A stretch of DNA of 64,000 nt. It comes from Gracilinanus agilis (taxonomy: Eukaryota). Position 1 is the first letter of the stretch, and every line of letters begins with the position of its first letter. The notes beneath the pieces were generated by a model. That model ran no database searches and was not told where the DNA came from. It saw only the letters and a list, made by a program, of their open reading frames with translations. Both the position numbers and the translations under genes were made by a program. The stretch lies in the NCBI RefSeq assembly GCF_016433145.1, contig NC_058132.1:140995284-141059283 (forward strand), read 5' to 3'. Positions 37,790 to 50,404 of the stretch are shown here, one piece after another.

Positions 37790-39920
37790 GTTTGCAGGAA
37801 AGGTCTATATCACAGGAATGAGAGCAGAGGCCAGTTCAGTGCCAGCATGGGGCAACCATGAAATGTTTTTTATTTCCAGATGAAATGAAATCAGGTCCCA
37901 GAAAATGTGGAGGAGCACAAGCAGGAGCAGGAAACTTGGACCCAGTCCCAGGATAGAAAAGAATATTTCTTTGCTCCTAGACTGGAGCATAGATCAGGAA
38001 TGCAGTGTTTAGATCATACTACTTTGGAAGAACTTAAAACATACGGACCCCCAGAATTATCTCTGTAAACAGCAACAAGAAAAACCTGAAACTTGAGGCA
38101 GTGCCTGCTCTACCCTGTAATTTGAGGTTCATAAGACAAGAAATAGGCAGGGAAAATGAACAAACAAAAAAAGAACTTGATCATTGAAAGTTATCACAGT
38201 GAGTAAAATAGAGCTAGGGAAGATTAAAACAAACTCAGAGGGGGACAACAATATCAAAACAACTTCATGCAAAACCTTAAAGAAAAATGTAAATTGGTCT
38301 CATGCTCAAAAAGAATTCCTGGAAGAGCTCAAAAAGGATTTAAAAAAAAAAACCAAATAGGGGAGGTAGAGGAAAAATTAAGAAGAGAAATGAGAGTAAT
38401 GAAAGAAAATCATGAAAAAGAGTCAATTTGGTGAAAGAGGTACAAAAATCTACTGATGAGAACTTAAAAAGCAGAATTGGCCAAATGGAAAAGGAGGTTC
38501 AAAAGCTCTCTGAAGAAAATAATTTCTTAAAAATTAGGATTGGCCAAGTAGAAGTTAATGACTTCATGAGGCATCAAGAAAAAAATAATCAAAAAATGAG
38601 AAAAATAGAAGAAAATCTGAAATATCTTATTGAAAAAATAACTGTCTTGGAAAATAGAATGAGAAATAATTTAGGAATTATTGGACTGCCTGAAAGCTAT
38701 GATTAAAAAAAAGATGCCCTAGGTACCATATTTCAATACATTTATCAAGGAAAACTACCTTGCTATCTTAAAAGATTAAGAAATTGAAAAAATCCACTGA
38801 TAATCTCTTTAAAGAGATCCCAGAATGAAAACTCCTAGGAATATTATAATCAAATTCCAGAGCTCTGATATCAAGGAGAAAATATTGCAGACTGCCAGAA
38901 GGAGATCATTCAAATATTGTGGAGCCACACAGTCACGATCCACACAAGATTTAGCAGCTTTTACAATGAAAGATTAGAGGGCCTAGCATATGATATTTTG
39001 GAGAGCAAAGGAGCTAAGATTACAGTAACCACTCATTTGGGAGAAAAAAAATGGATATTTAATGAAATAGAACATTTAAGTGTTCTGAAGACCAAAGTTG
39101 GTAGAAAATTTGTCTTTCAGATACAGACTTGAGAAGATAAGGCAAATGTGAAAGAAAGCCATGAGAGTTTCAATAAGGTTAAATTGTTTACATTTCCTAT
39201 ATGGGAAGGGGATTTGGGAAAATTGGGACACTAGTGCATTCTGGAGAGCAATTTGGAACTGTGCCCAAAAGGCTATAAAACTGTGCATATACCTATTCCA
39301 ACAATACCCTTAGCAGCTGTATATTTCAGAGGTCAAAAAGGAAAGAATGGAACCTATATCTGAAACATATAGCAATTCTTTTTGTGTTGGGAAAGAGTTG
39401 GAAATTGAGGGGATGCTTATCATTTGGAGAATGTCTCAACAAACTGTGATATAGAATTTTGATAATACTAAGAAATGTATGAATAGGAATAATATGAAAT
39501 GTAATAGTAAAAGGTGATGAGGAGAATACTTTCAGAAAAACTTAACATGAACTGATATGAAGTGAAGTACGCAGAACCAAGAGAACGTTGTACACAGTAA
39601 CCATAAATACTGTATAATGATTAACTCTGAATGACTTGGCTATTAAGCCATTCTCCGCAGTAGTGATCTAAGACAATTCTGAAGGATTTAGAATGAAAAG
39701 TACTATCTACCTCCAGAGAAAGAACTTTTAGCTCACTCCCTCTTTTTTGTCTGTTTTCTTTCATAACATGATTAATATGCAAGTATGTTTTGCGTGACTG
39801 CATATGTATAATCTATATCAAATTGCTTACTTTCTCAAATGAGGGGACAGAAGAGGGAGGGAGAGAATTTGGAAATCAGTTTTTAAAATTGTTTTTACAT
39901 ATAATTAGAAAAAGCAAAAG
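37790..39920 (+). mobile_element. L1-derived element: ORF1 remnant joined to the ORF2 C-terminus/3' UTR
   Basis: ORF 38428-38706 (KSRIGQMEKEVQKLSEENNFLKIRIGQVE...RNNLGIIGLPES) is marsupial L1 ORF1-like. L1 3'-end motifs start at about 39215. Confidence 0.8.
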
Positions 39921-40241
39921 TTGGAGTAATTTATAGGTGTTTAGTTTAGGAATGCAGTATGAGATTCTGCCAAACCTTCTTGCCTGGGAGAATTGTAGAT
40001 GAATTATATAATCTCAGGGCTGGAAAGGATTTTTAGAGATTGCAAGGATAATGTGATAGAGCCTAGGGCTACATCTAAGCCATTGGAAGCTATCTAGTCT
40101 GTCCCTCTCATTTTAAAAATGAGAAGACTGAGGTCCAGACAGGTTGAATGATTTGCTCAAGATTACAAAATATTAAGTACTAGAAGCAGTATTTCGATAT
40201 AGATCACTGCCTCTCTCTCTCATTTTTTTTCATTACTTCTT

Positions 40242-41276
40242 TATTAAAGCTCATATACTTATTTATTTAATTTAGAGTATTTTTCCATGGTTACATGATT
40301 CATGTTCTTTCCCTTACTTTCACTCCCTTCCGTATCCAATGAGCAATTCCACTGGGGTTTACATGTATCATTGATCAAGACCTATTTCAATATTATTAAT
40401 ATTTGTAATAGAGTGATCATTTAGAGTATACATCCCTAATCATATTCCCATCTAACCATGTGATCAAGTAGTTGTTATTCTTCTACATTTTTATTCCCAC
40501 AGTTATTTCTGGATGTGAATAGTGTTCTTTCTCCTAATTCTCTAAGAATTGTTCTAGATCATTGCATTGCTGCTAGTAGTAGAGAAGTCCATTATGTTCG
40601 ATTGTGCCACAATGTGTCAGTCTCTGTGTACAACATTTTCTGGGTTCTGCTCCTTTCACTCTGCATCAATTCCTGGAGATCGTTCCAGTTCACATGGAAT
40701 TCCTCCAGTTTATTATTCCTTTTAGCACAGTAGTATTCTATCAATAGATACCACAATTTGTTCAGCCATTTCATTTTCCAGGTTTTTTGCTAGCATGAAG
40801 AGCGTGGCTATAAATATTTTTGTACACATTTTTCCCTATTATCTCTTTGGGGTACAAACCCAGCAGTGACATGGCTGGATCAAAGGGCAGGCAGTCTTTT
40901 AAAGTCCTTTGGGCATAGTTCCAAATTGCCATCCAGAATGGTTGGATTAATTCACAACTTTACTAGCAATGCACAAGTGTCCCAAATTTGCCACATCCCC
41001 TCCAACATTCATTACTCTTCCCTGCTGTCATTTTATCCAATCTGCTAGGTCTGAGGTGATACCTCAGGGTTGTTTTGATTTGCATTTCTCTAATTATTAG
41101 AAATTTAGAACACTTTCTCATGTGCTTATTGATACTTTTGATTTCTTTATCTGAAAATTGGCCTATTCATGTCCCTAGCCCATTTATCAATTGGGGAATG
41201 GCTTGATTTTTTTTTTTTTATACAATTGATTTAGCTCCTTGTATATTTGAGCAATTGGACCTTTGTCCGAGGTTCC
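40242..41276 (-). mobile_element. 5'-truncated L1 (about 1 kb)
   Basis: Homologous to the L1 at 19668-20343. TSD TCATTACTTCTT (40230-40241 and 41277-41288). Confidence 0.9.
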
Positions 41277-41565
41277 TCATTACTTCTTATTGTAGTCTTC
41301 CTTTAATAGAAAGTAGGCAGAGATAAAATGGGACCTAAATCCTGATTTCACAACTCCCAGCTCAGTATTTTTTTTCACATAATGTTAAGTCCTTTTGTGT
41401 CATAGTCATTATTCTTGTTTTCTACTTATTTAAGAATATATATTCTGCAGCATCTTTAAAGAAATTGGTCTCTTTGAAATATGCTTATACTAAATTAAGA
41501 AATTAACTCGTGTTTATTTTTTGCCTCTTATCCTGAGATGCTGTTAACACATCTTCACTCCAGTA

Positions 41566-42308
41566 TGTAAGAGGGAAATTTAGGTATTTTATAGATATGT
41601 ATTTAAAGTGTGGCCTCCAGAAATCAACAATTCAGGTTGATTCCGTAATTAAATCAGACCCAAGTCAGCAACAGGTTAAGGCAGTTTATTTACATCTAGG
41701 AAGGTAAAGGTATGGGAATAAAGAGGAAGGGAGAGGCTAGTCCAGGCCATCCGAGGCCTGGAGGAGAGAGAAGGTTAAGGTATGGGAATAAAGAGGAAGG
41801 GAGAGGCTAGTCCAGGCCATCTGAGGCCTGGAGGAGAGAGAAGGTTAAAAGGCTAAATAAATTAGGCTGCAAGCCTCTAGGCCTAGCAACCAGATAGGCT
41901 AATGCCTACTTAAGGCAGAGTTTGGAAGTGGCCTAGGTAGGCCAAGGAAGTCAGCCTAACTTACCCATGTGACAATACAGAGTAGAAGCTGTCTGTGGTC
42001 TCAGGAGCTCCTTCAGCACCAAGTTCAAGGCGGGAACTGCCTCCACAGGAAGTCACCAACATACTTAAAGAGATGGTGTCTTTCGTCACTTCTCGTGGGT
42101 CCACCTCTAATTCAAGTGGACAAATGGCAGTCTCCCCATTGATTTGGACTGCCCAAAGGGCCGTCCCCTGTACCTGATTTGCCACTCATTGTCACGTGTG
42201 GGCAACTCGTCTCCCCTCCCCGCCACGGAAGGCGAGGGTGATGTCATTTCCATGCCTAGGCTAAGTCCGAGTTTAACTAGGAATGGGCTAGAGCCAATTC
42301 CATTTACA
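41566..42308 (-). mobile_element. Young solo ERV LTR (743 bp)
   Basis: TGTAA...TTACA ends, TSD CCAGTA / CAAGTA, minus-strand AATAAA (41685-41690), many intact CpGs, internal 70-bp tandem duplication. Confidence 0.88.
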
Positions 42309-43401
42309 CAAGTATCAATATTAGACAAAAATAAAGAGTGAATGAAATTTGTTTTTTATGTCTTTGTTTATTTTTTTTCATATTTCCCTTTTAAAACAAA
42401 GATACATTTCCTAAACCCAGCCTTTTCTACTAGCACATTAATAGTGAAACTTATTAGCTGGTTGCACAAAAATGCAACTTTAAATGAAAGAGTAGTGGAA
42501 CAGAAGGCAGCCAAAATTTGGGGTATAAAAGCTTTAAATAGATGCAGACTTTGAGGGCCCTATTTATTATAATATTCCAAGATAGTTTTTCAATAGTTAA
42601 TATAGTTGACCTCTGAGGAACAAACTAAGTTGTGCTTCTGTTTCAGTTGTATTCTTATACTACTTCTCACTTAGCCTTTACCTCATTTACCTCTCTTCTT
42701 CCCATCCTATTTTTGAGGAGGCATATTGATGCTATTTTTACTAATTTGCCTTGGAAATTAATTCCTTGATTTTTTTATCTGTCACATAACCCTTAAAAAA
42801 TTAGGTTCTATGGTTCTGAGTTAGTATCATTGCTGCCTCTAGTTCAGAAACACCTTAAAAAATAAGACATTTTTTAAGAAAAAGGGGCTATTGGTAAAGA
42901 AATTGCCTTACAATAGTTTATCAAAGGACCATAGACAATAAGTCATAGATTTAATCTTCACTGTTCCTAGAGTGAGAAACTTGCATTAAAAAAAGGATAA
43001 TTTCTGATTTAATGAGTCACTTCATGAAGTGAGAAGAGAAGGCAACTTGAAACTTTGACTGCTCCTCAATAATAGTAGCATGCAATTAAGATCATACAAA
43101 ATGGTCATCATTCACTCAGGCTAGATAGTACTTGTAACATTTCATGAGTAGAGTTTGTCAGTAGCCCCTCAAATTAAAGTTTGACAAACATTACTGAAAT
43201 TTGAATCTTCCTTTTCTTGATAGGGCATCAAATGGATAATTAGAATATCCTATCTTATCTTATGGACTATCTGTTACCCACACTGAAGTGGGATACCCTA
43301 GGATCTTATTTTTCAAAGTTGGAGATGAATTTATAGCATTCAGAAAGGATTTATTAGATTAATAATTTCTTTTACTAATGGCAGCCAAAAACCTCCCCCA
43401 A

Positions 43402-43583
43402 TTTTTTTTAAACCCTTAACTTCTGTGTATTGGCTCCTTGGTGGAAGAGTGGTAAGGGTGGGCAATGGGGGTCAAGTGACTTGCCCAGGATCACACGGCT
43501 GGGAAGTGTCTGAGGCCCGATTTGAACCTAGGACCTCCCATCTCTAGGCCTGACTCTCAATCTACTGAGCTACCCAGCTGCCC
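43402..43583 (-). mobile_element. SINE1_Mdo-type SINE (same subtype as 23770)
   Basis: Shares the diagnostic 3' ATTGGCTC...GGTGGAAGAGTGG segment. Confidence 0.9.
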
Positions 43584-44029
43584 AGTTGCTCCCCTTCCCC
43601 AATTTTTGATGTCTGCATGTTTTAGTTTGTAGGGTATAGAACATTAGGCTGGAGTAAAGAAATATGGATGGGTTCTAGCATTCTTTCAACTTCAGCAGTA
43701 GTCACTGGATATCCACCATATTTGAGACTTCTATTTGAATATCTCTAAGATTACGTTAAGAGTATTTGCTTATTTCTATCAACCAAGTCTATTGAAAATT
43801 AATGGTAGGTGAAAGAAAGAAATAACATGCCGTAAATTCAAATTATATAAAACCTCAAAATTAATTGACAGGGTTTTGAATTTGTTTGTCTTAAGTGCTA
43901 GGAAGCTGTAGGAACTTTATTATGTAGGCAGTAGCAAAGTGCCTCTATACTTATGACTATAGGGGTGCATAAAAGTATGATTCTTCATATTTGTTTTCTT
44001 AAATTTTGTCTTAGTTATTAAAAAAACAA

Positions 44030-44215
44030 ATCTTCCATCTTAAAATCAGTACTATGTGTTGGTTTCAAGGCAGAAGTGTAGTAAGGGTTGGGTAAATTGA
44101 GTTTAAGTGACTTGCCTAGGGTCACATAGCTAGGATGTTTCTGAGGCTACATTTGAACCCAGGAGCCCCTGTCTCTAGGACTGGCTTTCAATTCACTGAG
44201 CCACCTAGCTGCTTC
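44030..44215 (-). mobile_element. SINE1_Mdo-type SINE, more diverged
   Basis: Reverse-complement head, CORE and tail recognisable. Confidence 0.8.
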
Positions 44216-46019
44216 CATCTGAGTCATTTTTACTGTTAACAATATATAGTCAATTATTCAATTACAAAATATGTCTAAAAGTTTGTTTGAAGTTTTTACA
44301 GTATATTGCCAGATAAATCTCCAATAGAAATGTAACTGCTTCTCCAAATTTCTACCAGCAATGAGTTTTGTCATTTTTATCACAGTGGATATGAAGTGGT
44401 ACCTTAGCATTTTAATTTCTATTTCTTTGATTGAGGATGTTGAATATTTTTTCAAGTGAATTTTTAAAATTAATGCACCTTTGTAAATTACTGTTCTTAT
44501 CCTTTGGTCTATAGTGGATAACTTTCATTAACTTATGTTGTTTTACCTTAATGGTCTTCAGATGAAGAAGTCGCTAATTTTATGTTATCCTTTTTACTGA
44601 TGATTATAATTATTTACAAATGTGAGAAAAACTAAAATTCTAAAGGCTTAAAGCCATCAATAAAAAATTCTTTTGTAACTATTGCTATGGAGCAATCTAT
44701 AATTCATCTACAGTAGTTTGAGGAAACTACAATGTTTGGGATACATTCCTAACTTTTGGGGGTTGATAACATGTAGGGCAGTAGTGCAGTTCCTCAAATA
44801 TTTTTTTCAGTTATATTTTCAGAATGTACTGAGATGGGTAGATGCTGTGTTGTACAAATTTGACAGTTATGTTCATTTCTCATATATTTTTTGTTTAAAA
44901 TTTATTCTTAAACATCCAAAAGAATCTTTAGTTTCTTCAATTTGGAAGTTTTTGCCTGAGATGAAGCTCTCAACTTTATTCTATGATAGTCACATTCATA
45001 TCCTCCCACATTCATTATAGGGTCATGGTTCCTCCCCTTTTTTTGTGTCGTGGGCCTTATTGGCATATTAGTGTAGCCTTTGGTTGTTCTTCAGTTGTTT
45101 CAGTCATTTCCACCTCTTTGTGACTCCATTTGGGGTTTTCTTTAAGTGTCTGAGACCAGTTAAACTCAGGATGATGTGTCTTCCTAATAACTTTAGGCCT
45201 GGCACTCTATCTATGGCTCCACCTAGCTGCCATGAAGCCTTTAACCCCATTTCAAGATGTCTTTAAATTCATAAAATACTAGAATTAGAGGAAAATATTG
45301 AAATGCTTTAACCAAAATATTAAAAAACAAACCACAAAGCCAAATTTCTGATGTACTTCACAGACCCCTTCTGAAATCCATTTATGGATTTGAGGTTGAC
45401 ATCTCTTGCTATTGGTGCCATCCAAACATCTTGGAGGCCAGCTTTTTCTTTCACTATCAAAAGGATATCAGTTGGAATGCTATGGCTGTGTACTTGTCAT
45501 CCCTTACCCTGTCACCAGCTCATTTTTTCAATCCATTTTTTTGATAAAGTTGTTTGCTCCTATTCTTCTCTGAAGTTCCTTATTGATTATATGCTGTAAC
45601 CTGTTCACATCAACCATATATTGCTCCATTTCTTTCAGCATAATATTTTTAATTCTTTAAAAACTGTTATAGCGCATGTTTCACTGTTATGTAGCAGCAC
45701 TTATAGAATACTGATATTAAAAAGATGGACTCTTGTTTTTGTCATAAAAGGAGTTTTGAAATTTCCCTAAGGCAATCCAATTCCCTTCCTGTTCTACTCA
45801 TCCTGCTCAACTCATTATCTGTTTGTAGTGTGTATCCCATATGTACATATCAATACCTTCCTGTTCTACTCTGTGCTCAACTCTTTATCATATGTACATA
45901 TCAATAGAGGAGCTTTGTAGGTGTGTGGCATAAATAGGCTAGTAGGCAATTTTCACCCTCTTTTCTGAATGAATAATCAAGGCAGGCCCTTTTGAGTAGT
46001 TACAGATCTTTTCAATGTT

Positions 46020-46190
46020 GTTATTTGATGGTACTAGATAATGTCACCTACAAACTAGAGCTATATGGAGGATCTTGCCTTTCAGAAAATTCTCTCTTCA
46101 ACTTGAGTTGGATGCTCTGTTGCATATCTTCTATCACATGCCAGGCGCCTTTGGTGAGCCCACATCTCTTTGTCAGAGGACCTTTTAACT
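46020..46190 (-). mobile_element. RTE-clade LINE RT fragment, highly decayed
   Basis: Reverse complement aligns by eye with 52440-52590 (AGATGT..GCTCACCAAAG...TTTGTAG.TGACATT). Confidence 0.6.
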
Positions 46191-49100
46191 TAAAAAATTT
46201 GTCATGCCTGCCATGGAATTCTTAATAATTTTGGTGTATGGATCTGAGACATCTTGTTGGAAAAAAAATTAAGTGTAACATTTTATTGCATTAAATCAAA
46301 TGCATTTTCCTAATCACCTACCAAGTGTGGGGTCTTATGTTCTTTAAGTCTTTCTGCCATTTGGGAGATGGTAAAAATATGGTTCACAGATGAATATTGC
46401 TTAGAGTCACTTGTTCCCTACTAATAGCCTTGGTGAATATGGAGTTGTTGCATTTAGAGATAACTTGAATTATGTTTTGTATTGATGGGAAAATAGGTAA
46501 ATCTTTTACTTGGTTTCCTTTTTTTAGTGTTTAGAGCTTTTTTGGGGGTGGGGCAGTGCAATTGTTTGTCTTTGTCATCTTTAACTCCTTAAGAAACTTA
46601 GCATAGTAATTCCTCAGCTCTCATAAATATCCCTCCAGTTTAGATCTCAATCTCTATTTAAACTTGTTCTAATCTGTTGACTTTTTCTGCCTTTGCACTC
46701 TTTAGTTTCTTCTCTATAAGTATATCTGGGCCTTTTGACATTAAGGTCGGATTGTGGTGGTTCCACCATATTTGATGGTCACAACAGTTTGTGTTAGTAA
46801 TCTCTGTATATGATTACTTGTTTAAATAGTTTAGTATTGGATTTCAATTATGTCCCTTATCTTTTTCCTTATTTTGATTATTTTAACTTTTTACTAATTT
46901 TTATCTTCTGATGAATTGGTGTACCCTCATCTGATAAGATGTAACATTAACATCCACAACAAGTCTTTTTATGAAAAATAAAATCTACTTCATTTTTGTT
47001 TTTTCTTATCTACTTTCATTTTTGAGAGTCTTATATATAAAAATGTGAGGCTTCTCTAGTCTCTCAGTCTTTGATTTCTTGCATTCCTTTTACCTAAATC
47101 ATGCTTTCACATGTATTATCTTGCCATCTTTCTCACCTTTTCACTTTGCTGAGCATCAAAGTGTATATTGACTTAATTTGAAGGATCATCTCCAGTTCTT
47201 CATAGATTCTATACTTCTTCCTTCTCAACAGTGTTGGTATATAAATATTTTCAGGTTGATTTTGAATTTGAATTTTTTCTTAGTACTGTAATATGAAATA
47301 AGGCCCTTAGACCTATGTCACACTATCTGCTCCTTCCTTTACCTTTCCAGGAAAACATTGTGATCTGCCTTTCTTCAACTTAGGTACAATTTCTTTTTTC
47401 TAGTTTTATTTATAACAAAAATGTCAAAATTGATGTGATTCAGCTTCCCCAGCAGTTTGTTCATTTGTTATTGCATAAGTATCTCATTAGTAAAATCAAA
47501 TTTGTAAATAGTCTGAAAACAGTGTGATTTAAGTTAGTATGTTTTGCTTTTCTTTCTTCCTTTGATGGAAGATTCAGAAACTGGCTGCTCAGGCCTGAGG
47601 ACCATGTAAAATTTTCTTTTTGTTTGGTATCCATGGCTAGTCTATTTCTTTTCAAGTAGCCAGGTAATGATGACCCTCCATGTACTGATCCTTGGAAAAC
47701 AGATTCAATCTGTTTCAAGGGTCATACTTGGAAGCTTAGTATGGTAGAACCTGCCAGACATGCTCTGTAGACACAACCTTTGAGGAGCCATGATTACTTT
47801 AATATTTACAGGTTGTTGGGTGGAGAAGTAGATAGAGCGCCCAGTCTAGAGCCAGGAAAATCAGAGATAAAATCCAGCTTCAGATACTGGCTTTGTCATC
47901 CTGGGCAAATCACTTTCCTCAACTGTAAAATAGAACCAATAATAGCACCTACCTTGAAAGATTGGGGGGATCAGATAATATTTGTAAGTGCTTTAACACT
48001 GTGCTTAGCACAGTAGATGCTTAATAAATGCTTATTCCTTCCCTGCCTCCATGATACATTGGAATAAGAATTGTAGAAGAAAATTGTGCCTATAATTTTC
48101 TAGTAACATTGTCTCTTTTTGGGAAATTAACATTAGTAGAAATCCCATGGTTTCTTACAGGTTAGTAATTCAGTGAGGTTTCGCTGAACTGTCAAAAACA
48201 TCAGGGAATGGAAAAAAGTGAACTTTAGATTAGCCAAGTTTGGATTATTTAACATTCCTATTAAAGAATAAGATGGTATCTACTTTAGAAATAGCAGTTG
48301 CTTTTTATTTTGGCACTACTTTTAACTAAACCATTAACAGATGAACAGGATTTGCAAAATTCCCTCCCCTGAAAACAGAAGCATACCTGCAAATACCTAT
48401 CTTCAATAAATGTTTACTGGTTATCTACTATATGCAGGTTATTGTGCTAAGTACTGGGGTATGAAATTAAGGATACGTATAAAAAGATATGAGATGGGTA
48501 GTGTACTGTTAAATGCAAATATGTGAGTTCTACAGAAATTTAAAAGAAGGAATAGTTACTGAGACTGGAACATTAAGAGAAGGCTTCACTTGGGAATTGG
48601 AATTGAATTTGGTTTTAAGTAAAGGAGGAAGGGAATTCTGGACTAGAGTTGAATCATCCTGTGTGAAAGTTCAGTGATTGTCAGTAACTATTTGTTAAGT
48701 GCATCTCTCTACTAGTCAGTGATTGGAATGAGCAAAGGAACAATAGATATAAAACTTTGTGCTTACTAGTTGCATACCCTCCTTTCTAGAACCTTTAAAG
48801 TCTAAGGTATCTTGTTAACAGTGTTGTTTTCTTTTCCCCCTCCTCCTTGTGTTGGGGGAGGGAAGTTAGGAAGGAGAAAAAATGCCTAATTATTGAAAAA
48901 CTGCTTAATTTCAAATTTAAAAATAGATTAATTGTGTAATATTGTCTTTTTTTTATAACATAAGTGAAGTCCCATTATAAAGAAGCCTACAAGAATCTAG
49001 GTTATTTCGTTCCAATGGATTACTTCCCCCAACCATGTTCCTGGAAATTATATTTCTATATTCTACTACTTGAAGATGAACTTGATGTTCTTTGTGTGAA

Positions 49101-49622
49101 TTGAAAAGTGAAAATAAGCCCCTTTTGGATCTAATGATATGGGATGAGGTATCATACAGATTATTATTGATAGAGAGTTTGAGAATTTAGAAGTGATCAA
49201 ATTGTTTAAGAGTACAGGTTAAGGAAGTATAATTTATGTTACTGGCAGGACAAAAGAACTGTAAAAGATTTATTTATACACAATTAAATTTTCTCTTTTA
49301 GGGACTACCATAGAAACAGAAAATAAATATTTTCATGGTATAAACTGTTTCTTCATTGGATAAGGATCAGAGAAAGCAGTTGTGGCATTCTTACAGTGAA
49401 GATGTGAAGATGTTATTTATTTTGTCAAGTTCACTACCTGGCTCTAGGTCCTTTAATTTTAATTTAAAGACTTTTATAACTTGGCCTTAACCTGCCTTTG
49501 TAGACTTTTACTAAATATATTACTCATTAAAGGATAGAGTGCTGGACCTGGAGTGGTCTCAGACACTTAGCTGTGTGATCTGAGGCAAGTAATTTAATTT
49601 CTTTTGGCCTCAGTTTACTTGT

Positions 49623-49849
49623 GGGCAGCTAGATGACTCAGTGGATAGTGCCAGGCCTTGAGTCAGGAAGATGCATTTTTCTGAGTTCAAATCTGCCTCA
49701 GACACTTAATAGCTGTGTGACCTGTTTGCCTCAGTTTCCTCATTTGTAAAATGAATTGGAAAAGGAAATGGCAAAAAAACTTAAGGATTCTTGTCAAGAA
49801 AACCCCAAATAGTCATGAAGAGTTGGACAGGACTGAAAACAACTGAACA
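49623..49849 (+). mobile_element. Mar1-type SINE
   Basis: GGGCAGCTAGATG head, CORE and RTE-like tail ending ...GACTGAAAACAACTGAACA. Confidence 0.8.
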
Positions 49850-50357
49850 TTACTCTTATGTAAAATGAGGGTAATAATAGCTCATACATATGATCAAAAG
49901 AGATAACAAATGTTAAGTGCTTTGCAAACTTTGGTAAACTACATAATTGTTAGCTACTTTTAATTTCATGTACTTCAATCCTGCCAAACTTGTCTTGCAT
50001 TTCTCCATACATGATACTCTTAACACTAATCTTCAGTCATTTTCTCAGTCGATTTCCTATGCATAGAATTCCCTCTCTTCTTTAAGAACCTCTAGTTTTC
50101 TTTAAGGTTCAGCTTAAGCAGCATGCTCTATATGATTCCTTTTCTGATCCTTTCAACTACTAAACTGCCTTTTCCCTAAAATAATTTTCTATTTTATGCC
50201 TGTTTTATACTTACAAAAATAGGTGAGTCAGGGACTGTTTCACTTTTGTTTTTATTCCTAGTACCTGGAACAGTGCTTTGGATTACACAGGGGATAGAAT
50301 TTATTTTAATCAGACTAGTATTCCTAGACCACGAGCTGGAAAGGAGATAACTTAGTG

Positions 50358-50360
<3 letters not shown>

Positions 50361-50401
<41 letters not shown>
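50361..50401. repeat. (TG)20 microsatellite
   Basis: Directly visible. Confidence 0.95.

Positions 50402-50404
<3 letters not shown>

Noticed and set aside
38428-38706. 92-aa coiled-coil ORF as a possible domesticated gene
   Set aside because: L1 ORF1 remnant with frameshifts and stops on both sides.
2272-44215. tRNA-like A/B box sequences
   Set aside because: They are heads of tRNA-derived SINEs, not tRNA genes.
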